A stretch of 64,000 nt of DNA from a virus (taxonomy: Duplodnaviria; Caudoviricetes). The stretch covers positions 9,808 through 73,807 of IMG/VR virus record IMGVR_UViG_3300031555_007195. The stretch is one strand, 5' to 3'. A program made the translations under genes and the position numbers. Shown piece by piece: positions 45,441-55,680 of the stretch; the stretch's first letter is position 1, and every line of letters starts with the position of its first letter. The notes under the pieces are model-generated. The model saw only the letters and a program-made list of their open reading frames with translations. It was not told the origin of the DNA and ran no database searches.

Positions 45441-47609
45441 ATGACAATGGCAAAAACAAAAATTACCGAAGTTATGATGGATGATAAAACCATAGATGCA
45501 TCTAAAGAAATTGCAATGGTTTTTTCAATCGCCAATACATTGAGAGGCCCATACAAGCCTGATAAATATAAAGATGTCATTATTCCAATGATTATTCTTC
45601 GTCGTTTAGAATGTGCTCTCGAACCAACAAAAGATGCTGTTGTTAAAATGACGAAAAACAATCCAGAGACACCTGCGCAATTGCTGTGCAAAGAATCCGG
45701 TTATCCTTTTTATAATACTTGTGAGTTCACATTGAAGAAACTTTTAACAGAAGCTCCTGCAATTGTAGAAAACCTCACATTTTACATTGAGTCCTTTTCC
45801 TCTAATGTACAATCAATTTTTGAGGAATTAAAATTCAAAGCAGAAATTAAAAATCTTGATAAAAATAATCGTTTGCTTGGTGTTGTTAAAAAGTTTTCTG
45901 AACTTGATTTGAACCCCGAAACTGTAGACGGTTTAAAAATGGGATATATGTTTGAGGAAATCATCAGACGCTTTTCTGAAAATGCCGAAGCTGGTGACCA
46001 CTATACTCCAAGAGAAGTTATTCGTCTTTTAACGAGCATCCTTTTGGCAGAAGGATGCAGCGATGTCTTTAAAGAAGGACGAGAAGTTACTGTTTTGGAT
46101 ATGGCTTGCGGTACAGGCGGTATGCTTTCAACAGCACACGATTTTATTGTTCGTATGAACCCGGATGCTAAAGTTCGTTTATTTGGTCAAGAAAATAACG
46201 ATGAATCCCATGCTATTTGTCTTGCAGATATGTTGATAAAAAATCAAGCAGCAGAAAATATTCGCTTTGCTGATACCATGAAGGAAGATTGCTTTGAAGA
46301 TACCTCTATGCGTTTTGTTATCGCAAATCCTCCATTCGGTCAGCCGTGGGGCGGCAAGGATGCCGGAGATGGCGTTGAGGCTGCAGTAAGAAAAGAGCAC
46401 AAAAAAGGAACAGATGGCAGATTCCCGGCAGGTCTTCCTGCTACAGGAGATATGCAGTTATTGTTCATGCAACACGCAATAGCTAAAATGCAGAAGAAAG
46501 TAGGACGAGCTGCAATTATTACAAACGGCTCTCCGCTATTTTCAGGAAACACAACAAGTGGTGAGAGTCAGATAAGAAGATATCTTTTAGAAAATGACCT
46601 CGTAGAAGCAATAATCGGACTGCCTTCTCAACTGTTTTATAATACAGATATTGCTATTTATGCGTTTATCTTATCAAAGGGTAAAAGAAAAGAACGCGAG
46701 GGCAAAGTTCAATTTATAGATGCAACAGATATGTGGACTCCCTTGAAACGTTCACTTGGTAAAAAGAGAAGAGAAATTGTCAAAGAGCAAATCACTCTTA
46801 TAACAGAAATGTATGCCGATTTTGTTGAAGGCAAAAAAACTTTGTGGTCTGAAAAACGCAAACATGACTGTGTTATCGAAAGTAAAATTTTTGATCGAGA
46901 AGAATTTTTATATAAAGAATGGTCTGTTTATCAACCTTTACAACGTCGCGGAGTTATTAATGATGAAGCAATAGAAGCACTTAGTACAAGTGCGTTCTTT
47001 ACAGCAAATACAAATGTATTTAACGAGGCAAAATTTGAAGAATTAGAACAGACAGATCCTCGTAGTGATTCCGATGAGAAAGCATATCAAAAACAAATTA
47101 AGGGTCGTGAATTTACTAAAGCTGTTATCCAAGCGTTGAAAGAGCACAAGTCTGAAACTGTATATACAGATTTTGCCAAATTTGAAACGGCTCTCAAAAA
47201 GGCTCTTGCAGATGTGGAAGGATTGTCTCCGGCACGTTTACAAGCGATAGGTATGGAAATGTCTGTTATTGATAAAACTGCGGTCATTCAGAAAGATAAA
47301 AAAGGTCGCATCATGATTGACACTACCACAAAAGATACCGAAATTATAAGATTGAATCAAGATGTTAAAGCATACATGGACGCTGAAGTGTTTCCTCACA
47401 TCCCTGATGCTCTTTACTTCTACGAATATGATGAAAAGAAGGCAGAAAGTGCCACAAACAAGGAGAAATTAGGAGCTGAATTCCCATTTACAAGATATTT
47501 TTATGAATATCATGAACCCGAGAAAGCTGATGAACTTTTAGCTCAGTTTATGGAATTGGAAAAATCTCTTTCTCAAAAAATCTCCGCTTTGCAGAAAGGA
47601 GCGGAATGA
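45441..47609 (+). CDS. hsdM: Type I RM methyltransferase subunit
   Basis: GDHYTPREV, DMACGTGGML and NPPF motifs. Confidence 0.93.
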   Translation: MTMAKTKITEVMMDDKTIDASKEIAMVFSIANTLRGPYKPDKYKDVIIPMIILRRLECALEPTKDAVVKMTKNNPETPAQLLCKESGYPFYNTCEFTLKKLLTEAPAIVENLTFYIESFSSNVQSIFEELKFKAEIKNLDKNNRLLGVVKKFSELDLNPETVDGLKMGYMFEEIIRRFSENAEAGDHYTPREVIRLLTSILLAEGCSDVFKEGREVTVLDMACGTGGMLSTAHDFIVRMNPDAKVRLFGQENNDESHAICLADMLIKNQAAENIRFADTMKEDCFEDTSMRFVIANPPFGQPWGGKDAGDGVEAAVRKEHKKGTDGRFPAGLPATGDMQLLFMQHAIAKMQKKVGRAAIITNGSPLFSGNTTSGESQIRRYLLENDLVEAIIGLPSQLFYNTDIAIYAFILSKGKRKEREGKVQFIDATDMWTPLKRSLGKKRREIVKEQITLITEMYADFVEGKKTLWSEKRKHDCVIESKIFDREEFLYKEWSVYQPLQRRGVINDEAIEALSTSAFFTANTNVFNEAKFEELEQTDPRSDSDEKAYQKQIKGREFTKAVIQALKEHKSETVYTDFAKFETALKKALADVEGLSPARLQAIGMEMSVIDKTAVIQKDKKGRIMIDTTTKDTEIIRLNQDVKAYMDAEVFPHIPDALYFYEYDEKKAESATNKEKLGAEFPFTRYFYEYHEPEKADELLAQFMELEKSLSQKISALQKGAE

Positions 47610-48958
47610 TGGAAAAGATGAAAGACAGCGGTATTAAATGGATTGGCGAAATACCATCTTCATGGAATACCAAACGAATCAAATATATGGCTAACCTCAA
47701 AGGTCGTATCGGTTGGCAAGGCTTGACTTCTGAAGAATATCAAGATGAAGGTGCATATCTTATTACCGGCGTTGACTTTGCAAACGGAGGAATTGATTGG
47801 GAAAACTGCGTTCATGTTCCCATGAAACGTTGGGAAGAAGCCAAAGATATACAAATAGAAAACGAAGACCTCCTAATAACCAAAGATGGAACAATAGGTA
47901 AAGTTGCTATTGTTTCTGATATGCCCGGGGAAACTTCTCTTAATAGTGGCGTTCTTCGTATTATGCCTATTGAAGGATATAGCCGTAGATTCTTGTACTG
48001 GGTGTTAAAATCCGAAGTGTTTTGGAATTGGTTTAATTATAAGAATGCCGGAAATAGCACCATTGTTCATTTGTATCAGGGTGATTTTGATGAGTTTATT
48101 TATGCATTTCCCGACTATGATGAGCAAGAAACTATCGCAGATTTTCTTGATTTACAATGCAGAAAATTGGATGACATTATTAACGGATTGGTAAACCAAA
48201 TCGAAAAGTTAAAAAATTACAAAAAGGCTTTGCTATATGAGGCTGTTACAAAAGGTCTGGATAAAAATGCTCCATTAAAGGATAGTGGTGTTAGATGTGT
48301 AGGACCGATACCAAGGCACTGGAAAATAAGTAAAGTTAAATATATAGCTGATGAATCACATCCTTACCCGATTGGAGACGGCGATCATGGAATGATTAAG
48401 GCTGATGATTATCTTACAGAAGGAATTCCGTATATTAGAGTTCTTAATTTGACCTATGGCAATGGCTTGAATATGGAAAATCTTGTGTTTATTTCAGATT
48501 CTATGAATGCTCTGATAAAAAATAGCACATTGCACCCAAATGATATTTTAATTGCCAAAACAGGGGCAACAATTGGTAAAACTGCAATCGTACCCGAGTC
48601 ACTTCCTATAAGCAATACAACGTCTCATGTAGGGAAAATAACATTGCCCAAAACACAAAATGCCAAATATTTTTATTATGTCATGACATCTTTAGTTGTC
48701 CAAAATCAAATAGAAGACCTGTCTGCTATGCAAAGCACAAGACCAGAGTTAGGGATTGACGGACTTAAAAATTTAACCGTTATAGTTCCTTCGATAGAAG
48801 AACAAAATGAAATAGTACAGTATTTGGACAAACACTGTCAACAAATTGACGAAGTTCTTTATATTAAAAACGAGCAATTATCATCAATAAAAAAACATAG
48901 AGACTCTATTGTTTTTGAGTATATCACCGGTAAAAAACGAGTAAAGGAGGTACAATAG
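47606..48958 (+). CDS. hsdS: Type I RM specificity subunit
   Basis: Two TRDs flanked by KDSG..W.G.IP..W and P...EQ..I repeats. Confidence 0.92.
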   Translation: MMEKMKDSGIKWIGEIPSSWNTKRIKYMANLKGRIGWQGLTSEEYQDEGAYLITGVDFANGGIDWENCVHVPMKRWEEAKDIQIENEDLLITKDGTIGKVAIVSDMPGETSLNSGVLRIMPIEGYSRRFLYWVLKSEVFWNWFNYKNAGNSTIVHLYQGDFDEFIYAFPDYDEQETIADFLDLQCRKLDDIINGLVNQIEKLKNYKKALLYEAVTKGLDKNAPLKDSGVRCVGPIPRHWKISKVKYIADESHPYPIGDGDHGMIKADDYLTEGIPYIRVLNLTYGNGLNMENLVFISDSMNALIKNSTLHPNDILIAKTGATIGKTAIVPESLPISNTTSHVGKITLPKTQNAKYFYYVMTSLVVQNQIEDLSAMQSTRPELGIDGLKNLTVIVPSIEEQNEIVQYLDKHCQQIDEVLYIKNEQLSSIKKHRDSIVFEYITGKKRVKEVQ

Positions 48959-48959
48959 T

Positions 48960-51956
48960 ATGCCTATAAAAGCTGACCAATTAAAAGAAAAAGAAGATTT
49001 TCAAAAATTAATAATGGAGCGTTTAAATGAAGATAATGAATTCAGAATTCGTTCTAATACTGAGTATAAACCCGGTTTAGCTATGGATACTGAAATTCTT
49101 CTTGAGTTTTTGGAAGATACACAACACGAGACAATGGAAAAACTCCACCGTATGTATAAAGAGCGTACTAATGAAACTGTTATCAACTACATCAACTCTG
49201 AAATTAACAAAGAAAGCCGTGGGTTGATTGATGTTATTAAACATGGTGTTGAATTTGATAATGGTGCAACCCTCAAATTAATGTATCGTAAGCCGGATAG
49301 CACAATCAACACTCAAGCGGTAGAAAATTATAAAAAGAACATCTTCTCTGTTATGGAAGAAGTATATCACAAAGCAGATGAAAGAATAGACCTTGTTATA
49401 TTCTTAAATGGACTTGCTGTTTTTGCAGTTGAGCTAAAATGCAATACTTCCGGTCAGAACTACGAAGATGCAATTAAGCAATATAAAGAACGAAGAGACG
49501 CTACTACTCGACTTTTCAAAAGCATGGTTGGTGTGTTTGCTGCGTTCGCCATGGATTTGAATGAGGTGTATTTCACAACAGGATTATGTGGACTTGATAC
49601 CTTCTTTAACCCTTTTAATATCGGCGAAAAATTCGGCAAAGGAAATCCACATAATCCCAACGGCCTAAATGTTTCGTATATGTGGGAAAACATATGGACT
49701 AAAGACAAAATTTTGTTCCTTATCGAAAGATTCATTTATATTAAGAAAAAAGAACGTAAGGATGCAGACACGGGTAAAATTAAAAAGTCAAAGTCGTTGA
49801 TTTTCCCTCGTTTTCATCAAATGCGTGCAGTTGAGCGAGTGATGAACGATGTTATTGAGAACCACACATCGTGCAATTATCTTATTGAGCATTCTGCAGG
49901 AAGCGGTAAAACAGAAACCATTTCATGGCTTGCTCATATACTCGCAACAGTTCACGATAACAATAACGAGAATATTTTTGATACTGTTCTCATTATTACA
50001 GACCGAATCATAGTTGACCGGCAATTACAGGAGGCTATTCTCGGAATTGAACATAAAAGCGGACAAGTAAAGGTTATGGATGATAAGTGTGATTCGGAAG
50101 ATTTGGCTTTAGCTCTTGGAGGAAACACAAAAATAGTTGTTACTACTATCCATAAGTTCTATTACATACTTAATAACAATCTGCTTGGAAACCTCAAAAG
50201 CAAAAAGTTCGCAGTTTTAATCGATGAGGCACATTCCTCTACCGAAGGCGTTTATATGCAGTCGGTTACTAACGTTCTTACCAACGAGGAAGATGAAGAG
50301 GATAAAACCGAAGAAGATAAAATGCTTGAAGAAATCCAAAAGAGCGGAAAGCAAAGCAACGTTTCTATGATTGCATTTACTGCAACACCTAAGCCAGATA
50401 CTTTACAGCTTTTTGGTACGCTTAATGCAGAAGGACAGAAGGAATCTTTTGACCTTTATTCCATGAAGCAAGCTATTGAAGAAAAGTATATCCTTAATGT
50501 TCTTGATAACTATGTAACATGGAAAACCTACTGTCATATTAATAAAGCTATTCAAGACGACCCTGAACTTCAGTCGATTACTGCCAAACGAAAAATGGCT
50601 CGATTTATCGATTTGCATGACACCAACATTGCTCAAAAAGTAGAAATTATTATTGAACATTTTAGAGCGAATGTTGCAGGCTGTCTTGATGGCAAAGCAA
50701 AAGCTATGGTAATTACATCATCAAGACCTGCTGCTGTAAAATATCGTCAAGAATTCGACCGTTATATTCAAGAACATGGATATACCGGCATAAAAGCACT
50801 TGTTGCTTTTTCAGGCAAAGTTCCTCTTGATGGTGAAGTATATACGGAATCCAGCGTTAATGGTTTTAAAGAAGAGGAACTCCGATATGAATTTGACCGT
50901 AGTTGTTATCAAGTACTTATTGTTGCAGATAAGTATCAAACAGGCTTTGACCAGCCAAAACTTGTAGCAATGTATGTTGACAAGCGTTTAAGAAAAGTAG
51001 CGGCAGTTCAAACACTTTCTCGTTTAAATCGAGTGTGTCCACCTTATGATAAAACAACTTTTGTTTTGGATTTCAAAAACAGCTATGATGATATCAAGGC
51101 AGCATTTGAACCTTATTACAAGGAAACCATTCTATTTGAAACAATATCACCATCCGACATACGTGACCTTGATAGAGAAATAGATGCATATGATTTTCTT
51201 GATGCCGATGAGGTTGAGGAATTCAACTCATACCTTTACAAAGATAATCGAACAGCAAAAGATAAGCAGCGTATGTGGGCATTGCTTGATAGTGCATTAA
51301 AGCGAATACAAAAATTGCCGGAACTTAAGCAAATGGAAATAAAAATAACAACTCGCCGTTTCTTGAAGGGGTATTGTTTCCTGATTCAATCAACTGCATA
51401 TGAGAATTTAGATTTCCATAAGAGATACAACTATCTATCTTACCTTGTAAAAGAACTAAATCCCGGTGGTGGCGGCAATAACTTCGACATTGCAGATAAA
51501 ATTACTGTTAGCGACTTTAGACAAAAACAAATAGAAAAACACCAAGGTGAAGAAATCGAAGCTAAACCCGAAGTAAAAATTAAAAAACCAAAGCCTGCAA
51601 GTGTTGAAGAACAGCAGAAAAAACTTTTATCTCAAATTATTGATGAAGTAAATGCATTGTATGATAAAGATTATGAACCTGATTTTACAACCAAAGCGGC
51701 AATGCAGATTCGTGATTTGTTGTTAAAGAATGTGTCTATTAAAGACCGTCTTGAAAAAAGTGCAAAGAACAACACAATTAATGAATTTAAGTTTACTTAT
51801 GATGATTGCGTTCAAGATGCACTTGTAGAAGGTTATGACCAAAATGCAGACTTTTACACTTTGTTGTTGAACAACGAAGAAATTCGTGCAAAGTTTGCGA
51901 ATGTGTTCATGAATGAGATTTACAAAATCTTACGCGAAGAAACGCAGAACGACTAA
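48960..51956 (+). CDS. hsdR: Type I RM restriction subunit
   Basis: IDLV...VELK nuclease, HSAGSGKT, DEAH, FTATP and QTGFD motifs. Confidence 0.93.
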   Translation: MPIKADQLKEKEDFQKLIMERLNEDNEFRIRSNTEYKPGLAMDTEILLEFLEDTQHETMEKLHRMYKERTNETVINYINSEINKESRGLIDVIKHGVEFDNGATLKLMYRKPDSTINTQAVENYKKNIFSVMEEVYHKADERIDLVIFLNGLAVFAVELKCNTSGQNYEDAIKQYKERRDATTRLFKSMVGVFAAFAMDLNEVYFTTGLCGLDTFFNPFNIGEKFGKGNPHNPNGLNVSYMWENIWTKDKILFLIERFIYIKKKERKDADTGKIKKSKSLIFPRFHQMRAVERVMNDVIENHTSCNYLIEHSAGSGKTETISWLAHILATVHDNNNENIFDTVLIITDRIIVDRQLQEAILGIEHKSGQVKVMDDKCDSEDLALALGGNTKIVVTTIHKFYYILNNNLLGNLKSKKFAVLIDEAHSSTEGVYMQSVTNVLTNEEDEEDKTEEDKMLEEIQKSGKQSNVSMIAFTATPKPDTLQLFGTLNAEGQKESFDLYSMKQAIEEKYILNVLDNYVTWKTYCHINKAIQDDPELQSITAKRKMARFIDLHDTNIAQKVEIIIEHFRANVAGCLDGKAKAMVITSSRPAAVKYRQEFDRYIQEHGYTGIKALVAFSGKVPLDGEVYTESSVNGFKEEELRYEFDRSCYQVLIVADKYQTGFDQPKLVAMYVDKRLRKVAAVQTLSRLNRVCPPYDKTTFVLDFKNSYDDIKAAFEPYYKETILFETISPSDIRDLDREIDAYDFLDADEVEEFNSYLYKDNRTAKDKQRMWALLDSALKRIQKLPELKQMEIKITTRRFLKGYCFLIQSTAYENLDFHKRYNYLSYLVKELNPGGGGNNFDIADKITVSDFRQKQIEKHQGEEIEAKPEVKIKKPKPASVEEQQKKLLSQIIDEVNALYDKDYEPDFTTKAAMQIRDLLLKNVSIKDRLEKSAKNNTINEFKFTYDDCVQDALVEGYDQNADFYTLLLNNEEIRAKFANVFMNEIYKILREETQND

Positions 51957-51974
51957 AATGTTAGGAGGTTATCT

Positions 51975-53462
51975 ATGGCTAAAAGAGAAAATCCATTTAT
52001 GCATTATGTTGGTGACTATGAAAAAGAAGCCGAAGCGTTTTTAACAAAATACGAATGTTCTGAGGCCATAGATACCCCTATGCCAATTCCAATTAGGGAT
52101 ATTGCCACACGATTGATGTCCTTGGATATTATTGAAACAGAATGTTTATCATTTGACGGCAGTGTTCATGGGGTTATAACTTTTTCTGGTGGCATTATTG
52201 ATGTGTATGATTGGAACAATGAAGAAACTGTTGGATACGAAGTGAGCAAACCCTCAATATTTATTGATGCGGATATTTCGAATGTTGGCAGAATTAACAA
52301 CACTCTTGCTCATGAATGTTTTCATTGGTGGAGGCATCGAAACTACTTCAATTTCAAACGAACACATGAAAACGGCACAGAATTTGCATTTCGTTGTAAT
52401 AAATATCTTTCTACAACAGGAAGTTTAATCGGCGGACAGTGGTCAAATATTGACAAAATGGAATGGCAAGCTAAAACAATAGCCCCCAAAATACTAATGC
52501 CTAAAAAAGCATTCAAAAAGAAGGTTGATGATACATATAAACGTTTTCTATCAAATTGTGATAAACAAACAGCAACACCTTTTGTTATAGATTCTATTGC
52601 GGATTTTTTTGAAGTATCAAAGCAATCTGCTGCAATTAGAATGTGTGAGTTGGGATACAGTGAGGCTCAAGCTTATTGTGATTTGGATATAAAACGTAAT
52701 TTGCAAAATCAACACCGTAATACATCTAAGGCTCAATATCATCGCAAACCTATTACAGCGGAAAAAGCTTTTGAATTATATTTAAATAACGACCTGCTAA
52801 AAAGCACATTAGATACGGGTGCATTCGTTTTTGTTGATGGTTATTTTGTTCTAAATGATAGTAAATACGTTGTATATGATAATGGACAATCCAAACTATC
52901 GTCATATGCTAACAGCCATCTTGCAGAATGTACTTTAGACTTTTCGGTAAAACTAATACCCGATAGTTTTATGCATAGTTCATCACAAATGATGTATCGT
53001 TCGGATAGTGTATTCAAGCAAGAACCTTCTTTTGATTCCAATACCCAAAATACCGAATTATATAACAAGGCAAAAGAGTTTGAGAAGAAACTTGCTAGAG
53101 CACAAGCGGATGCAATTACTCCGGCGGCATGGATGAAAAAACGAATGGCTGAAGAACACTGGAATGAGGTTATATTTGAAAGTAAAACCTTATTAGATAA
53201 AATGAATTATTCACGAGTTACCAAAGGAACACACAAATTTTCTATGAGACCTTTAGTAGCGATGGGTGTTGGGTTAAACCTCGATTTAAGCGAAATGGAA
53301 GAGGTTTTGAAACACGGTGGCATGGCCTTTACAAAAGGAAATAAAGAGCAAGAAGCGTTCAAATTTTTGTTTACATCATTCCACAATTGTAGCATTGAAG
53401 AGTGCAATGATTTCTTGAAAAAAATAGACATTGCACCCTTAGGGACCATACAAAAAAAGTAA
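51975..53462 (+). CDS. ImmA/IrrE-like metallopeptidase with possible C-terminal XRE-like HTH
   Basis: TLAHECFH (HExxH), EWQA...A.KILMP, F.VSKQSAAIR motifs. Confidence 0.8.
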   Translation: MAKRENPFMHYVGDYEKEAEAFLTKYECSEAIDTPMPIPIRDIATRLMSLDIIETECLSFDGSVHGVITFSGGIIDVYDWNNEETVGYEVSKPSIFIDADISNVGRINNTLAHECFHWWRHRNYFNFKRTHENGTEFAFRCNKYLSTTGSLIGGQWSNIDKMEWQAKTIAPKILMPKKAFKKKVDDTYKRFLSNCDKQTATPFVIDSIADFFEVSKQSAAIRMCELGYSEAQAYCDLDIKRNLQNQHRNTSKAQYHRKPITAEKAFELYLNNDLLKSTLDTGAFVFVDGYFVLNDSKYVVYDNGQSKLSSYANSHLAECTLDFSVKLIPDSFMHSSSQMMYRSDSVFKQEPSFDSNTQNTELYNKAKEFEKKLARAQADAITPAAWMKKRMAEEHWNEVIFESKTLLDKMNYSRVTKGTHKFSMRPLVAMGVGLNLDLSEMEEVLKHGGMAFTKGNKEQEAFKFLFTSFHNCSIEECNDFLKKIDIAPLGTIQKK

Positions 53463-53514
53463 TTAGAATAACATATTTGCTCAAAACCAAAGAAAATTAA
53501 TAGGAGGGATTATT

Positions 53515-55680
53515 TTGGAACAATTTGAATGGGTGGATTTTTATAAAGAATTTGCACGAACTCTATTACCATACAAAAACAACCGAAAAGTAATTATTGA
53601 TAAAATTATTTCTGTTTATCAAACGGCAGAGATTAATCTCCCAACACTTGAAAAAGACAATAACATTGTTGATATTGACCCTTTTACTGTGTTTGGACTT
53701 TTTAACAAAAGCAGCCTAAAAGATACAAATAGAGTAAAAATCATTAGTGGTCTTGCTAAAGAGTTTAGTGTTAGTATTGCAGCGCCGACAGCTTTTGGAA
53801 GTATACCAACATTAAATAATCAAAATGCTACATTTTATTATTTTGTTGGTGATCGTGATGAAGATGACATCGATAATCTTTGGAAATTGTTCGAGGCTGC
53901 TCTTAAATATGCTGACAATCCCTCTAGTGAAAACAGAACTGAAATAAGCAAATACTTTGATATTGTCATTAATAAAAAAGGCAACGGTAACAGCAAAGTT
54001 ACAATGGGATTATATTGGATATCACCTGATGTGTTCCTTAATCTTGATAGTCGCAATGAGTGGTTTATTTATTCTTCGGGCAAAATTCCAGCAGATGTTG
54101 TTGCTTCTCTTCCCGAAATAGAAGCGAAAATTTCTGCAAAGAAATATTTTGATATTATTGAGGCATTGACTCGTTACATTAAGAACGAGAATTCAAGCTT
54201 TAAAGATTTCAAAGAACTTTCTCTTGAAGCGTGGAGATATTCTACAGAAGTAAACGAAGAAAATAGAAAAATTGCAAAAACAACGCGTGAAGAGAAACCC
54301 AATGCTTTAGCGGACGGTGATGTACAGACAGTTCATTATTGGTTGTATGCTCCTGGTGATAACGCTTATAAGTGGGACGAGTTCCGCGATGCCGGAATTA
54401 TGGCCATTGGTTGGAGCGGAATTGGTGACCTTGGCTTATTTGATACCAAAGATGCTATGAAGAAAAAAATGAAAGAACTCTTCGGCGATCAATATACATA
54501 TAAAAACGCAGCGCACGCAACTTGGCAGTTTGCTAACGAAATAAAGCCCGGTGATGTGGTCTTTGTTAAAAAAGGAATGCATAAGATAATCGGTCGTGGA
54601 ATTGTAACTGGTGAATATCAATATAGTCCAGACCTTGCAAGTGATGACCATGACTTCGGACATACACATACTGTAAATTGGACGCACAATGGTGAATGGG
54701 AACACCCAGGACAGGCTGTTGTTAAAACTTTAACCGATATTACTCAGTATACTGAGTATGTGGCAAAGCTAAATGCTCTGTTTGAAGATGACACTGTTGA
54801 AGAAGTTGAGGAAACTGAAATTCAGTATCCTACCTATTCCGCTGATGATTTTTTGAGCGAAGTATATATGAGTCAGCCAAGCTATGAAACTTTGACAAAC
54901 CTTCTCAAAAACAAAAAGAACATCATAATGCAGGGCGCTCCAGGTGTAGGTAAAACATTTGCGGCTAAGAGGCTTGCATACTCTATGATGGGTGTTAAAG
55001 ACTCAAGCCGTGTTATGATGGTTCAGTTCCACCAGAGCTATAGCTACGAGGACTTCATTATGGGATTCCGTCCTGCCTCCACAGGTTTCGAACTCAAGAA
55101 AGGCCCGTTCTATACATTCTGTAAGAAGGCTGAAATGGATATTGAGAATGATTACTTCTTCATCATTGATGAAATTAACAGAGGTAATTTGAGTAAGATT
55201 TTCGGTGAACTCTTTATGCTTATTGAGAGTGACAAGCGTGGAGTTTCACTACAGCTTCTTTATTCCGACGAAAAATTCTCTGTTCCTTCAAATGTACATA
55301 TTATCGGTATGATGAATACAGCAGACCGCAGTCTTGCTATGCTTGACTATGCATTAAGACGCCGTTTTGCGTTCTTTGAATTCTCACCGGCATTTGAAAC
55401 AGAAGGCTTCCGTCACTACAGACAGGAAAAGAATAACAAGAAGTTTGACAACTTAATTGCTACAATTGAGAAGTTAAACACAACTATTGAAAACGATGAG
55501 ACTCTTGGCAGAGGTTTCCGCATTGGCCACAGCTATTTCTGTACCGAAAACGATATCGATGATATGTGGCTCAATTCTGTTGTTACCTATGAGATTGTTC
55601 CTCTTTTGAACGAGTATTGGTTCGATGAGCCAAGCAAGGTTCGTGATTGGGAATATGCTCTCCGTGAGGCTATCAGATGA
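53515..55680 (+). CDS. mcrB: McrB-like AAA+ GTPase with EVE-like domain
   Basis: GAPGVGKT, IIDEINR and MNTADRS motifs; YWLYAPG...W...I.IGW segment. Confidence 0.88.
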   Translation: MEQFEWVDFYKEFARTLLPYKNNRKVIIDKIISVYQTAEINLPTLEKDNNIVDIDPFTVFGLFNKSSLKDTNRVKIISGLAKEFSVSIAAPTAFGSIPTLNNQNATFYYFVGDRDEDDIDNLWKLFEAALKYADNPSSENRTEISKYFDIVINKKGNGNSKVTMGLYWISPDVFLNLDSRNEWFIYSSGKIPADVVASLPEIEAKISAKKYFDIIEALTRYIKNENSSFKDFKELSLEAWRYSTEVNEENRKIAKTTREEKPNALADGDVQTVHYWLYAPGDNAYKWDEFRDAGIMAIGWSGIGDLGLFDTKDAMKKKMKELFGDQYTYKNAAHATWQFANEIKPGDVVFVKKGMHKIIGRGIVTGEYQYSPDLASDDHDFGHTHTVNWTHNGEWEHPGQAVVKTLTDITQYTEYVAKLNALFEDDTVEEVEETEIQYPTYSADDFLSEVYMSQPSYETLTNLLKNKKNIIMQGAPGVGKTFAAKRLAYSMMGVKDSSRVMMVQFHQSYSYEDFIMGFRPASTGFELKKGPFYTFCKKAEMDIENDYFFIIDEINRGNLSKIFGELFMLIESDKRGVSLQLLYSDEKFSVPSNVHIIGMMNTADRSLAMLDYALRRRFAFFEFSPAFETEGFRHYRQEKNNKKFDNLIATIEKLNTTIENDETLGRGFRIGHSYFCTENDIDDMWLNSVVTYEIVPLLNEYWFDEPSKVRDWEYALREAIR

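Noticed and set aside
45425-45691. 88 aa minus-strand ORF as a possible toxin for the Phd-like gene
   Set aside because: Antisense to hsdM, wrong strand, no toxin motif.
47606-48958. hsdS shufflon
   Set aside because: Only one hsdS, with no silent TRD copies or adjacent invertase.
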